A DNA stretch of 64,000 bases, from assembly GCA_963721385.1 (NCBI GenBank), contig CAVRJB010000005.1, forward strand, positions 106,208-170,207, in the 5' to 3' direction. Position numbers and translations under genes: made by a program. The first letter of the stretch is position 1; each line of letters begins with the position of its first letter. Under the pieces are notes generated by a model, which was given only the letters and a program-made list of their open reading frames with translations, did not search any database and was not told the DNA's origin. Below are positions 45,920 through 55,303 of the stretch, piece after piece. Source of the DNA: an uncultured Acidobacteriota bacterium (GTDB lineage: Bacteria > Acidobacteriota > Thermoanaerobaculia > UBA5066).

Positions 45920-46930
45920 ATGCTGGAAATCCAGAACCTCTCGAAGTCGTTTTACGGGTCGAAGGCGGTCGACGACGTGACCTTCCGCGTCGAGAGCGGC
46001 GAAATCGTCGGCTTCCTCGGGCCGAACGGGGCCGGGAAGACGACGACGATGCGGATGATCACCGGTTTCCTGCCGCCGACGTCGGGAAAGGTGTCGCTCG
46101 ACGGCGTGGACGTGGCGACGCATCCGCTCGAGGCGAAGCGGCGTCTCGGGTACCTGCCCGAGACGCTCGCCCTCTACCCCGAGATGCGGGTGGCGGAGTT
46201 CGTGAAGTACCGCGCGGAGCTCTGCGGCGTGCCCCGGCGAGACGTCGCCGCCCGGGTCGGCGAGGCGCTCGAGAAGTGCTTCGTCGACGACGTCGCGAGA
46301 AAACCGATCGGCAACCTGTCGAAGGGCTACCGCCAGCGGGTCGGTCTCGCCGGCGCCCTCGTCCACAAGCCGAAGGTCCTCGTCCTCGACGAGCCGACGA
46401 TCGGCCTCGATCCGCGCCAGATCGTCAAGGTCCGCGAGTTGATCCGCGATCTCCGGCAGGACCACACGATCCTCCTTTCGACGCACATCCTTCCCGAGGT
46501 CGAGCTGGTCTGCGACAGGATCCTCATCATCGACAAGGGGAAGATCCTCGCGCAGGGGACGCCCGAGACGCTCCGGCAGGACATGTCACAGCAGCCGGGG
46601 CTCGTCCTCGCGCTGAAGGGGGAGATCGCCGAGGCCGACGCGGCCTTCCGGGAGATTCCGGGCGTCCTGCACGCCGCCCGCATCGGCGCCGGCGGCGAAA
46701 CGCGCGTCGTGCTGGAGTCCGAGCGCGGGGTCGACCTCCGGGAGGCCGCCTTCCGCGAGGTCGTCGCGCGCGGCTGGACACTCCTCGAGATGACGCCGAA
46801 GCAGGCGTCTCTCGAGGACGTCTTCGTGAGGCTCGTCTCCCGGGAGGCCGAGCTCGCCGCCGCGGAGGCCGAGTTCCGCGAGCGCGCCACGACCGCCGAG
46901 GTCCCGAAGTTCACGGAGGAGAAGCCGTGA
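45920..46930 (+). CDS. ABC-2 transporter ATP-binding protein (GldA-like)
   Basis: GPNGAGKTTTM, LSKGYRQRVGLA, LDEPTIGLDP and STHILPEV. Confidence 0.92.
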   Translation: MLEIQNLSKSFYGSKAVDDVTFRVESGEIVGFLGPNGAGKTTTMRMITGFLPPTSGKVSLDGVDVATHPLEAKRRLGYLPETLALYPEMRVAEFVKYRAELCGVPRRDVAARVGEALEKCFVDDVARKPIGNLSKGYRQRVGLAGALVHKPKVLVLDEPTIGLDPRQIVKVRELIRDLRQDHTILLSTHILPEVELVCDRILIIDKGKILAQGTPETLRQDMSQQPGLVLALKGEIAEADAAFREIPGVLHAARIGAGGETRVVLESERGVDLREAAFREVVARGWTLLEMTPKQASLEDVFVRLVSREAELAAAEAEFRERATTAEVPKFTEEKP

Positions 46931-47664
46931 AGCCGCTCGTCGCCATCGTGAAGCGGGAGTTCCTGGCCTACTTCGTCAGCCCGCTCGCCTACGTCATCCT
47001 GACGGCGTTCCTTCTGATCAACGGGTACGTCTTCTATCTGATCGTGATGGCGCTGAACGCCCCCGAAACGCCGCGCACCGCGCTCATGTCGCTCTTCTTC
47101 ACGAGCGTCTTCTACTGGATCTTCATGATGATCGTCTCCTCGGTGATCTCGATGCGCCTTCTCTCCGAGGAGAGGAAGTCCGGCTCGATCGAGAGCCTCC
47201 TGACGGCGCCCGTCTCCGAGGGGACGGTCGTCGTCGGGAAGTTCGTCGGGGGCTGGTGCTTCTTCCTGTTCCTCTGGCTCCCCACGGTGCTTTACCCGGT
47301 GCTCCTGTCGCGTTACGGGAGCCTGGATTGGGGGCCGATCGCCTCGGGCTACCTCGGCATTGCGCTCGTCGGGGGGCTCTTCGTCGCCGCGGGGACATTC
47401 GCGTCGTCGCTGACGAAGAACCAGATCGTCGCCGCCGTCATCGGCTTCGTGATCATCCTGGCGATCTTTCTCGTCGGGATCTTCAAGGACTTCGTGAGCG
47501 ACCCCGGGCTCCGCGAGGCCCTGAGCTACCTGAACCTCCTCGAGCACATGGAGGACTTCGCGCGCGGCATCGTCGACACGCGCCGGCTCGTCTACGTCGG
47601 CTCGGCGGTGGCGTTCTTCCTTTTCCTCGCGACGCGGGCGCTCGACGCCAACAAGGGGAAGTGA
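46927..47664 (+). CDS. ABC-2 permease (GldF-like)
   Basis: YFVSPLAY, MRLLSEERKSGSIESLLTAP, SSLTKNQIVAA and FARGIVD. Confidence 0.9.
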   Translation: MKPLVAIVKREFLAYFVSPLAYVILTAFLLINGYVFYLIVMALNAPETPRTALMSLFFTSVFYWIFMMIVSSVISMRLLSEERKSGSIESLLTAPVSEGTVVVGKFVGGWCFFLFLWLPTVLYPVLLSRYGSLDWGPIASGYLGIALVGGLFVAAGTFASSLTKNQIVAAVIGFVIILAIFLVGIFKDFVSDPGLREALSYLNLLEHMEDFARGIVDTRRLVYVGSAVAFFLFLATRALDANKGK

Positions 47665-47665
47665 C

Positions 47666-49186
47666 GTGAACGGCCGCACCACCTACCGCGTCACCACCGG
47701 CGCCGCCATCGTCCTCGGCCTCGGCATCCTCGTTCTCGTGAACTACATCGGCGGAAAGCGTTTCGCCCGTTTCGACTGGACGAAGTCCGGCCTCTACTCG
47801 CTTTCGCCGAAGACGGTCAACGTCCTCAGGGACCTGAAGACGCCGGTCAAGGCGACCGTCTTCATGACGGAGAGCTCGCCGCTCTTCCGGGAAACGCGGG
47901 AGATCCTGAGCCGCTACCAGGCGAAGACGGCGATGCTGACCGTCGAGACGATCGACCCGGTCCGGAACCGCGCGCGGGCCGAGGCGCTCGTGAAGGAGTA
48001 CGGGATCCGGGGCGGCAGCGTCGTCTTCACGGCCGGCGACCGGAAGAAATACGTCACCGAGGACCAGCTCGCCGAGTACGACTTCTCCCGCGCCCGGATG
48101 GGGGGCGAGCCGACGATCAGGGCCTTCAAGGGGGAGCAGGAGTTCACCTCCGCCCTCCTTTCGGTCACGCAGACCCGGTCGCCGAAGGTGCTCTTCACGG
48201 CGGGGCACGGCGAGCGGAAGTCCGACGGGCGGGGCCGGGACGGCTTTTACACGCTCGGCGAGACGCTCCGCCGCGACAACTGCGTCGTCGAGGAGTGGAC
48301 GAGTCTCGGCGCGGCCGCCGTCCCGGACGGGACCGACGCCGTCGTGGTCGCGGGCCCGCGGACGGCCTTCACCGAGCCCGAGCGCGCGGTCCTCCGGAAG
48401 TACCTCGAGGGGGGCGGAAGGGCCCTCTTCTTCCTCGACGTCGAGTTTCTCCCGGGCTCCGGGCGGCAGATGTCCGACTTCGGCCTCGGGCCGCTCCTCG
48501 CGACCTTCGGCGTGACGCTGGACGCGGACGTCGTCGTCGACCCGAAGAACGCCCTCCCGATGTTCGGGCCGGACACGCTCTTCGCGCGTTCCTTCCGGCC
48601 GCACGCGATCACGAAGCTGCTGGAAGGGTCGCAGGTCGTCTTTCCGCTCGCGCGCTCGGTCAGCCCCGTCACGCCGGCGCCGTCCGGGTGGACGGACACG
48701 GTCCTCGTCGAGACGTCGGCCGACGGCTGGGGCGAGACCGATCTCAAGAACCTCGAGAGGAAAGTGGCGAAGGACGACAAGGACCTGAAGGGACCGGTGC
48801 CGCTCGCCGTGGCGGTCGAAGGAGCGCCGCCGCCGGCGGGGGCCGCGGCCGACGCGAAGGTCAAGGAAACCGAGCCCGGTGAAGCGAAGCCGGGCGAAGC
48901 CAGGCCCGCGGACGCGAAGCGGACCCGGCTCGTCGTCTTCGGCGACGTCGATTTCGCGACGAATGGCGGCGTCGCGAACGCGGCGAACCTCTACCTTCTC
49001 TCGGGCGCCGCCAACTGGGTCCTCGAGCGCGAGTCGCTCGTCGCGATCCCGCCGAAGTCGGCGGACCAGGTGGCCGTGACGCTTTCGCGCGGCGACATCG
49101 CCCAGGTCGCGGTCGTCGTCCTCCTCATCCTTCCGGCCGCGGCGATCGCCCTCGGGCTCGCCATCTGGGTCCGCCGGAGGAGCTGA
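47666..49186 (+). CDS. GldG-family ABC auxiliary component
   Basis: N- and C-terminal TM helices; DWTKSGLYSLS, GEQEFTSAL, GHGE and RLVVFGDVDF. Confidence 0.85.
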   Translation: MNGRTTYRVTTGAAIVLGLGILVLVNYIGGKRFARFDWTKSGLYSLSPKTVNVLRDLKTPVKATVFMTESSPLFRETREILSRYQAKTAMLTVETIDPVRNRARAEALVKEYGIRGGSVVFTAGDRKKYVTEDQLAEYDFSRARMGGEPTIRAFKGEQEFTSALLSVTQTRSPKVLFTAGHGERKSDGRGRDGFYTLGETLRRDNCVVEEWTSLGAAAVPDGTDAVVVAGPRTAFTEPERAVLRKYLEGGGRALFFLDVEFLPGSGRQMSDFGLGPLLATFGVTLDADVVVDPKNALPMFGPDTLFARSFRPHAITKLLEGSQVVFPLARSVSPVTPAPSGWTDTVLVETSADGWGETDLKNLERKVAKDDKDLKGPVPLAVAVEGAPPPAGAAADAKVKETEPGEAKPGEARPADAKRTRLVVFGDVDFATNGGVANAANLYLLSGAANWVLERESLVAIPPKSADQVAVTLSRGDIAQVAVVVLLILPAAAIALGLAIWVRRRS

Positions 49187-49191
49187 CCCCG

Positions 49192-50640
49192 ATGTCGACG
49201 AGGAAGCTGCTCATCCTGACGGCCGTCTTCCTCGGTCTCCTCGCGTTCGTCGTCCTCTTCGAGCGCCACCAGCCGACGTCCGAGGAGCGGGCGAAGGCCG
49301 CCCGGCGGCTTCTCGACTTCCGGGCCGAGGACGTCACGGCGGTGCAGATCGAGCGCCCGGACCTGCCGAAGGTGGAGCTGAAGAAGAGCGGCGGACGATG
49401 GACGCTCGTCGCCGAGCCCGAGGGTCGGGCGGACGGTTTCACCGCGGACGGAATCGTCGCGGACCTCGGGCGGCTGGAGCTCGTCGGCGACCTGCAGACG
49501 TCCTTCGACCCGAAGGAGTACGGGCTGGACCGTCCGAAGGCGGCCGTCACGCTCACCTTCAAGGAGGGGCCGAAGCGGACCGTCTCTTTCGGAAAGGAGA
49601 TCCCGGGCACGGACGGCACCGCGGCCGCCGAGGGGGGCCGGCTCGGCGCGGTCAAGGCCGCACCGATCGCGGCGTTCGTGAAGCCCGTCTCCGAGTTCAG
49701 GTCGAAGCGGCTTTTCGACGCGGCGGTCGGGGACGTGACGAAGGTGACGATCCTCAGGGGGCCCAATCGGGTCGTCCTCGCCCGAGAGGACGCGGCGGGG
49801 AAGGCCTCGGGTCCCTGGCGCATCGAGAGCCCGGTCAGCGACCTCGCGTCGGAGAGCTTCGCCGAGCGGCTCCTGTCGGACCTCTCGGCGGCCCAGGTCT
49901 CGGACTTCCCGGTCCTCTCTCCGACCGACCTCTCGCGCGTGGGCCTCGCGCCGCCGGACGTCCAGGTGACTCTCCAGAAGGGCGACGAGGTCGTGGCGAA
50001 CCTCGCGTTCGGCGCCGCGAAGGCCGACGTGCCGGGCAAGCTCTACGCGAAGGACGGGGATCTCGCCGTCGTCGTGGACGACCGCGCGCTGGAGGAGCTC
50101 GGCAAGGAGTTCCTCGCGATGCGGGAGAGCCGTCTCCTCCCGGTCGACGCCTTCCGGGTCCGGAAGGTGCAGTTCGAAGCCGGCGACCTTCGCGCAGGGG
50201 CTGAAAGGGTCGACGGGGAGTGGCGCGCCGGGGGGCGGGTGATCCCGCCGGCGGCGGTCGAGAGTCTGGTGGGGCGGGTCTCGCGGGCCGAGAGCCGCGG
50301 GTTCGTCTCCCGGAAGGATTACGCCGCGCACGGGATTCTCTCCGGGCAGAAAGGGGCGAAGCCGCTCGCGACGCTGGAGATCTCGGAGGAGAAGTCGGTC
50401 GCCCCCGCAGGCGTGAAGTTCTGGACCGCGGCGCCCTTCGAGGGTCATCCGGTCCTCGCGGCCGAGGTGACCGGCCGCGCCGACGCCCTCCTCGTCGAGG
50501 CCGCCCTGCTCGACGACCTCCGGAGGGACGCGGAGAAGCTCCGGGACGCCGCGAAGGAAGAAATGGGGACTCCCAAGCTCCCTCCGGCGAAGCCGTCGCC
50601 AGCGGCGAAGCCCGCGCCCCCGGCGCCCCAGACGAAGTAA
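49192..50640 (+). CDS. DUF4340-like periplasmic protein
   Basis: N-terminal anchor, internal repeats with YGLDRP / VGLAPP motifs, and the typical position after gldG-like genes. Confidence 0.72.
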   Translation: MSTRKLLILTAVFLGLLAFVVLFERHQPTSEERAKAARRLLDFRAEDVTAVQIERPDLPKVELKKSGGRWTLVAEPEGRADGFTADGIVADLGRLELVGDLQTSFDPKEYGLDRPKAAVTLTFKEGPKRTVSFGKEIPGTDGTAAAEGGRLGAVKAAPIAAFVKPVSEFRSKRLFDAAVGDVTKVTILRGPNRVVLAREDAAGKASGPWRIESPVSDLASESFAERLLSDLSAAQVSDFPVLSPTDLSRVGLAPPDVQVTLQKGDEVVANLAFGAAKADVPGKLYAKDGDLAVVVDDRALEELGKEFLAMRESRLLPVDAFRVRKVQFEAGDLRAGAERVDGEWRAGGRVIPPAAVESLVGRVSRAESRGFVSRKDYAAHGILSGQKGAKPLATLEISEEKSVAPAGVKFWTAAPFEGHPVLAAEVTGRADALLVEAALLDDLRRDAEKLRDAAKEEMGTPKLPPAKPSPAAKPAPPAPQTK

Positions 50641-50646
50641 GCGGCG

Positions 50647-52155
50647 CTACTTCTTTTTCTGGAGCCGGGCGGTCTCGCTCATCCGCTTCGACTTCTCCCG
50701 CTCCGGGGACGACGGCTCCCGCGAGGCGACGGACCGGTCCCGCTCGCCGACCTTCCGCTCCAGTGCGGCGATCCGCGCCTGTCTCTCGACCTCGCGCTGA
50801 TTCTCGAGCCGCTCGCTCTTCTGCTTGCCGGACTTCATCAGCGCACCGGCCGCGAGGACGAGCTTCAGGTGAAGGTGCCCGGTGAACTTCGCGCCGTCGC
50901 CCTGCGCGCCGACGAAACTCGAGCCTCCCAGCCGCGCCTCGGAGAAATCTGCGTGGGACAGGAGCGTTCCCTGGAACGACGCTCCATCGAGCTTCGCGCC
51001 GACCAGCTGCGTGAAACGGAAGTCGCTTTCGGAGAAGTCGGCGTCCTCGGCCTCGGCGCTCATCATGTTGCAGCCGGAGAAGTCGGCCCCGATGGCCGTC
51101 GCGCCGGAGAGGCGCGCGCGCTTCAGGTTCGCCCGGCGGAAGTTCGTCCGGATGAGCTTGGCGCGCGAGAGGACGCCCCCTTCGAGGTTCGCCTCGGAAA
51201 AGTCGCCGTTCGAGAGGTCCGCTTCGGCGAAATCGCAGCCCCGGAGGTTCGTGTTGATCCCGACGGCCTCGATGAGGCGCGCCTGCGTGAAATTCGGGTA
51301 CTTGAGCTTCGGGGTCCTGAGGTCGAGCTTGTCGAGAATGGCACCGGTGAAGTCGCTCTCTTCGAACGACGCCCCGAGGAAGGTACACTGCCGGAAGTCG
51401 GCCCGGTGGGCGGCGAGCTTCCGCATTCCCGCGTCCGTGAAGTTCCCCCCGGAGACGAGCGCCCGCTCCAGGTCGGCCTCGGAAAGGTCGGCTCCCGCGA
51501 AGTTGCACTTCTGGAGGTCCGCACCGCGGAGGACGGCGCGGTTCATCATCGCGCCCTTGAACGAGGTCCCGGTCAGCTTCGCGTCGCGGAAGAAGGCGAG
51601 CCGGAGGTTCGCCTTGTCGAAGTTGCCGAGCTTGTAGGTGACGCCGTCGAAAATCGCCTGCTGGAGGTCGCATCCCTCGAAGACACAGCGGTCGATGTGC
51701 CCGCCCCGGAAGTTCGTGTAGAGGAGCCTTCCGTACGAGAAGTTCGTGGCGGTGAAGTCCGTCCCCTCGAGCTTCGCCCCGGTCAGGTCGCAGGCCGAGA
51801 GGTTCGCCTCCCGGACCGTGGCGCTCTTGAACGAGCAGTTGCGGAGCGCCGCTCCCACGAGCGAGACGTTGTTGAAGAACTGGAAGTCGAGATCGGACTC
51901 CGAAAGGTCGACGCGGTTCAGGCTCGAGCCCCGGAAGGACGCGCCCTGGACCGAGACCCGGGTCATCACGCAGCCGTCGAGGTTCGAATTCTCGACCTTC
52001 GAGCGCGACAGGTCGGCGGTGGAGAGGTTCTTCCCGAGCAGCTCGAGGCCCGTGAGGGCGGTGTCGGTGAGGTCCGGCGTCACGCCCGGGTGCTCCTCGC
52101 GCCAGGCGTTCCAGTCGGCTGATTTCAGCAATTCCACGTGCTCGGGATTCGCCAC
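50647..52155 (-). CDS. Long pentapeptide-repeat protein
   Basis: WNAWREEHP..PDL N-cap, about 400 aa of A(D/N)(L/F)xx repeats and a charged tail. GAGGAG SD before GTG 52155. Confidence 0.93.
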   Translation of the reverse strand: MANPEHVELLKSADWNAWREEHPGVTPDLTDTALTGLELLGKNLSTADLSRSKVENSNLDGCVMTRVSVQGASFRGSSLNRVDLSESDLDFQFFNNVSLVGAALRNCSFKSATVREANLSACDLTGAKLEGTDFTATNFSYGRLLYTNFRGGHIDRCVFEGCDLQQAIFDGVTYKLGNFDKANLRLAFFRDAKLTGTSFKGAMMNRAVLRGADLQKCNFAGADLSEADLERALVSGGNFTDAGMRKLAAHRADFRQCTFLGASFEESDFTGAILDKLDLRTPKLKYPNFTQARLIEAVGINTNLRGCDFAEADLSNGDFSEANLEGGVLSRAKLIRTNFRRANLKRARLSGATAIGADFSGCNMMSAEAEDADFSESDFRFTQLVGAKLDGASFQGTLLSHADFSEARLGGSSFVGAQGDGAKFTGHLHLKLVLAAGALMKSGKQKSERLENQREVERQARIAALERKVGERDRSVASREPSSPEREKSKRMSETARLQKKK

Positions 52156-52194
52156 CAAAAACTCCTCGTTCCCTGACCTGCTAGATTCTAGTCG

Positions 52195-53685
52195 ATGGCT
52201 GAAATCCCGATTCGCGGTCCGGAGCGGATCCGGCGAGCCCTTCTCGGTGCCTATCCGATCGTCTACATCCAGTCCTGGGAGGAAGGGCGGGTCGAGCGCG
52301 CGGTGACCGCCCTGTCGCAGAAGTTCTACGACAAGCCGGTCTCGTTCTTCACCTGGTCGTGCGTCGACGGCGTGGCGGCCGGCGCCGAGCGGTGGCCCGA
52401 CACGGCCGATCCGCTGAAGGCCCTGGACGCGATCCTCGCCTACCCGCAGCCGGCCTTCTTCGTGATGAGGGACCTCCCGGCGCAGTTCGGCGGCCGGATC
52501 GACGTGGTGAGGCGCCTGAGGGACGCCTACCGGCAGCTGAAAGGGCGGGGGAAGTTCCTCATCCTCACCTCCCCGCGCCTCCTCCTTCCCGAGGATCTCA
52601 AGAAGGAGGTCCACGTCCTCGACTTCGACCTTCCGGACGACGCGGAGATCCTCCACGTCCTCTCCGTCGTCTCGAAGCGCTACTTCGGCGAGGCGGGGCT
52701 TCCGGAGGCCGATTCGAAGCGCGTGGCGATGGGGCTCAAGGGCCTGACGCAGGACGAGATCGAGCACACGGTCTCGAAGATCTTCGGCCGGCGGCCGGTC
52801 TTCGACGAGCAGTCCTACTACGAGATCCTCGCCGAGAAGGAGCAGGCCTCGAAGAAGGAGGGCGTCCTCGAGTTCGTCCCGCCCCGGACGACGATCGAGG
52901 ACATCGGCGGCCTCGAGAACCTGAAGGACTGGCTCGCGAAGCGCCGGAGCCTCTTCTCGAAGGAAGCCGTGGACGCGGGCCTCCCGGTGCCGAAGGGAAT
53001 CCTCATGATGGGGATGTCGGGCTGCGGCAAGTCGCTTTCGGTGAAGGCCATCTCGGCCCTCTGGAACCTTCCGCTCTTCCGGCTCGACATGAACCTCGTC
53101 TTCGGGACGGAGAATCCCGAGCAGACCTTTCATCGCGCGCTGAAGTCGGTGGAGGCGATGTCGCCTGCCGTCCTCTGGATCGACGAGATCGAGATGGCCA
53201 TCACGGGGGGACGCGAAGCCGGGAGCGCCGACCCGTCGCTCGGACGGATCTTCTCGACGTTCCTGACCTGGATGCAGGAGAAGGACGCTCTCGTCTTCGT
53301 GGCGGCGACGGCGAACCGGATCCACCTCCTCCCGGCCGAGGTCATCCGGAAGGGGCGCTTCGACCAGGTCTTCTTCATCGACCTTCCGAGCGAGACCGAG
53401 CGGAAGTCGATCTTCATGGTCCACCTGAAGAAGCGCAGCGTGAACCTGAACAAGTTCGACGTCGTCTTCCTCGCCAAGGCGACGAAGGGCTTCAACGGCG
53501 CCGAGATCGAGGCGGCCGTGCAGTCGGCGGCCGTCGACGCCTACAACGAAGGGCGCGGAATGATCGAGGACGACCTGAACCGGATCATCTCGACGACGGT
53601 GCCTCTCTCGCGGACCATGGACGAGCAGCTCAAGGCGATCAAGAGCTGGGCCCACGACCGGGCGATGCCGGCGTCGAAGGCGTGA
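52195..53685 (+). CDS. AAA+ ATPase (Ycf46-like architecture)
   Basis: Degenerate first AAA module, DIGGLENLKDWL, GMSGCGKS, LWIDEIE and ATAN..LPAEVIRKGRFD. Confidence 0.9.
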   Translation: MAEIPIRGPERIRRALLGAYPIVYIQSWEEGRVERAVTALSQKFYDKPVSFFTWSCVDGVAAGAERWPDTADPLKALDAILAYPQPAFFVMRDLPAQFGGRIDVVRRLRDAYRQLKGRGKFLILTSPRLLLPEDLKKEVHVLDFDLPDDAEILHVLSVVSKRYFGEAGLPEADSKRVAMGLKGLTQDEIEHTVSKIFGRRPVFDEQSYYEILAEKEQASKKEGVLEFVPPRTTIEDIGGLENLKDWLAKRRSLFSKEAVDAGLPVPKGILMMGMSGCGKSLSVKAISALWNLPLFRLDMNLVFGTENPEQTFHRALKSVEAMSPAVLWIDEIEMAITGGREAGSADPSLGRIFSTFLTWMQEKDALVFVAATANRIHLLPAEVIRKGRFDQVFFIDLPSETERKSIFMVHLKKRSVNLNKFDVVFLAKATKGFNGAEIEAAVQSAAVDAYNEGRGMIEDDLNRIISTTVPLSRTMDEQLKAIKSWAHDRAMPASKA

Positions 53686-55273
53686 CCCCGGCCTTGCGCC
53701 GGTTCCTGGGGCCTCCCTCGTCGGCCGCGTCGGCCGCGGTCCAGTCGCGGATCGTCCCGTCCGGAAGGACGAGTCCGTGCGGCCCCGGCTCCTTGCGAAG
53801 GCGGGCAGACTCGGGCCGGTTCCGGTCGAAGCTGTGCCACGGGATGAATCGAACGCGCTCGTCGCTCAGAAACTGGAGCTTGTAGGCGACCCAGTAGTCA
53901 GCGTGGCAGACGCTGTAGCCCCGGGCCTCGATCTCCCGGAGCAGCGGCCGCGGATCGGGCGAGGCGAGGATCTCCCGGACCGTCCGCGCGGCGCTGTGCT
54001 CCAGATGGAGAAGGCCTGCGAGCGCGAGGCCGCACGCCGAAAGTCCGGCGACGAGACGTGGAAGCCTCCGACGAACCAGATCGACGGTTTCGATGGCCGC
54101 GGCGCCGACCAGTGCGAGCGCCGCCGGAAGGACGGGAGCGATGTAGCGGAGCTGGACGGGGAGCCGGTCCGTCAGCGTGAAGAACCAGGCGCCTGCCGCG
54201 ACGATGGCCGTCACCAGCTCGATCCCGCCGGAGCGCGAGGGCGCGAGAAGAAGCAGTGAGAGAAGCCTCCGGCGATGGCGGAAGAGAAGGAGGGCGACGA
54301 GAAGGAGAGCCAGGCCGAAAAGAGCCGCGCCGGCGACACCGTCCTCGAGTCCGAGGAGCCGGCGCAGGTCCGTCGTCAGGAACCTCCCGAGTCGCGAGAG
54401 CCAGCCGGCCTCGGGGAGGTACGGGGTCACGAACATATAGGCCGGCGCGTACCAGCCAAGAAGACCGCCCAGCCAGACGGGGAGATGGCCGATGGCGAAG
54501 CCGGCGGCGAGTGGAAGGGCCCAGCGAAGGGCCGGCCCTCGAGGGACCCGGAGGACCACGGAGTCCTCGTCGCGCGGCGCTGGCCGGCGGATCCGCTCCC
54601 GGAATCCGGCATACGCCTGCGAGCGAAGGAGAAGGATCAGGGAGCACGGCACCAGGACGAACGCGATCGTCTGGTTGACCCACCAGCCCGCTCCCGCAGC
54701 GACGCCGAAGACGAGCCGCGCCGCGGGCCTGTCGAGAAGCGCGGGCGACCGTGTCAACGAGTCGGCGGTCAGGAAGAAGAGGACCGAGCCGAGAGCGAGC
54801 GCCATCTCCGGACCGGAGTTCGGAACGGCCGAGAGCTGCACGAGAAACGGCGGGCTCACCGCGAGCCACGTCCCGGCGAAGAGAGCCACGGCAAAACCGA
54901 AGAGACGTTCGATGGCGAGAAACGAGACCGCGATTCCGAACGCCACCTGCGCCAGGCTCGCGAGGCGAAGGGCAAGCGGCCCCGCTTCGGGGCCAAAGCC
55001 GAGCGGATCGAGAAGGGCCCGGCGAAGAAGGGCTGCGAGCGCGGACGTCAAGGTACCGAGGTAGTTCTGACCCCAGAAGAAGACGTCGAATCCGGCCCCG
55101 TCGCGCATCCGCTTCGCCATGAGACCGAAGATGGCGCTGTCGCTGCTCCACCCCAGCCAGATGGCCGGCTCCTTCAGCAGGTCGAGCTTGAGGAGGATGC
55201 AGAGAACGACGAGGCCCGAAACCGTGAGGCCGCGTCTCGCCAGGACCCGCGGCGGCTCCCCGAGACCCATCAT
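53639..55273 (-). CDS. Polytopic membrane protein, putative GT-C (PMT/ArnT-like) glycosyltransferase
   Basis: Multiple TM segments; SDSAIFGLMA after the first TM, FFWGQNYLG and ADYWVAY. Confidence 0.6.
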   Translation of the reverse strand: MMGLGEPPRVLARRGLTVSGLVVLCILLKLDLLKEPAIWLGWSSDSAIFGLMAKRMRDGAGFDVFFWGQNYLGTLTSALAALLRRALLDPLGFGPEAGPLALRLASLAQVAFGIAVSFLAIERLFGFAVALFAGTWLAVSPPFLVQLSAVPNSGPEMALALGSVLFFLTADSLTRSPALLDRPAARLVFGVAAGAGWWVNQTIAFVLVPCSLILLLRSQAYAGFRERIRRPAPRDEDSVVLRVPRGPALRWALPLAAGFAIGHLPVWLGGLLGWYAPAYMFVTPYLPEAGWLSRLGRFLTTDLRRLLGLEDGVAGAALFGLALLLVALLLFRHRRRLLSLLLLAPSRSGGIELVTAIVAAGAWFFTLTDRLPVQLRYIAPVLPAALALVGAAAIETVDLVRRRLPRLVAGLSACGLALAGLLHLEHSAARTVREILASPDPRPLLREIEARGYSVCHADYWVAYKLQFLSDERVRFIPWHSFDRNRPESARLRKEPGPHGLVLPDGTIRDWTAADAADEGGPRNRRKAGVTPSTPASPGRGPSS

Positions 55274-55303
55274 GGACGCGTCAGTGTAGAGGGAGCGCGA
55301 CGA

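Noticed and set aside
52156-53655. N-terminal half of the 1002-aa ORF 50647..53655
   Set aside because: It is the antisense shadow of the AAA ATPase. The repeat protein has its own SD and GTG at 52155.
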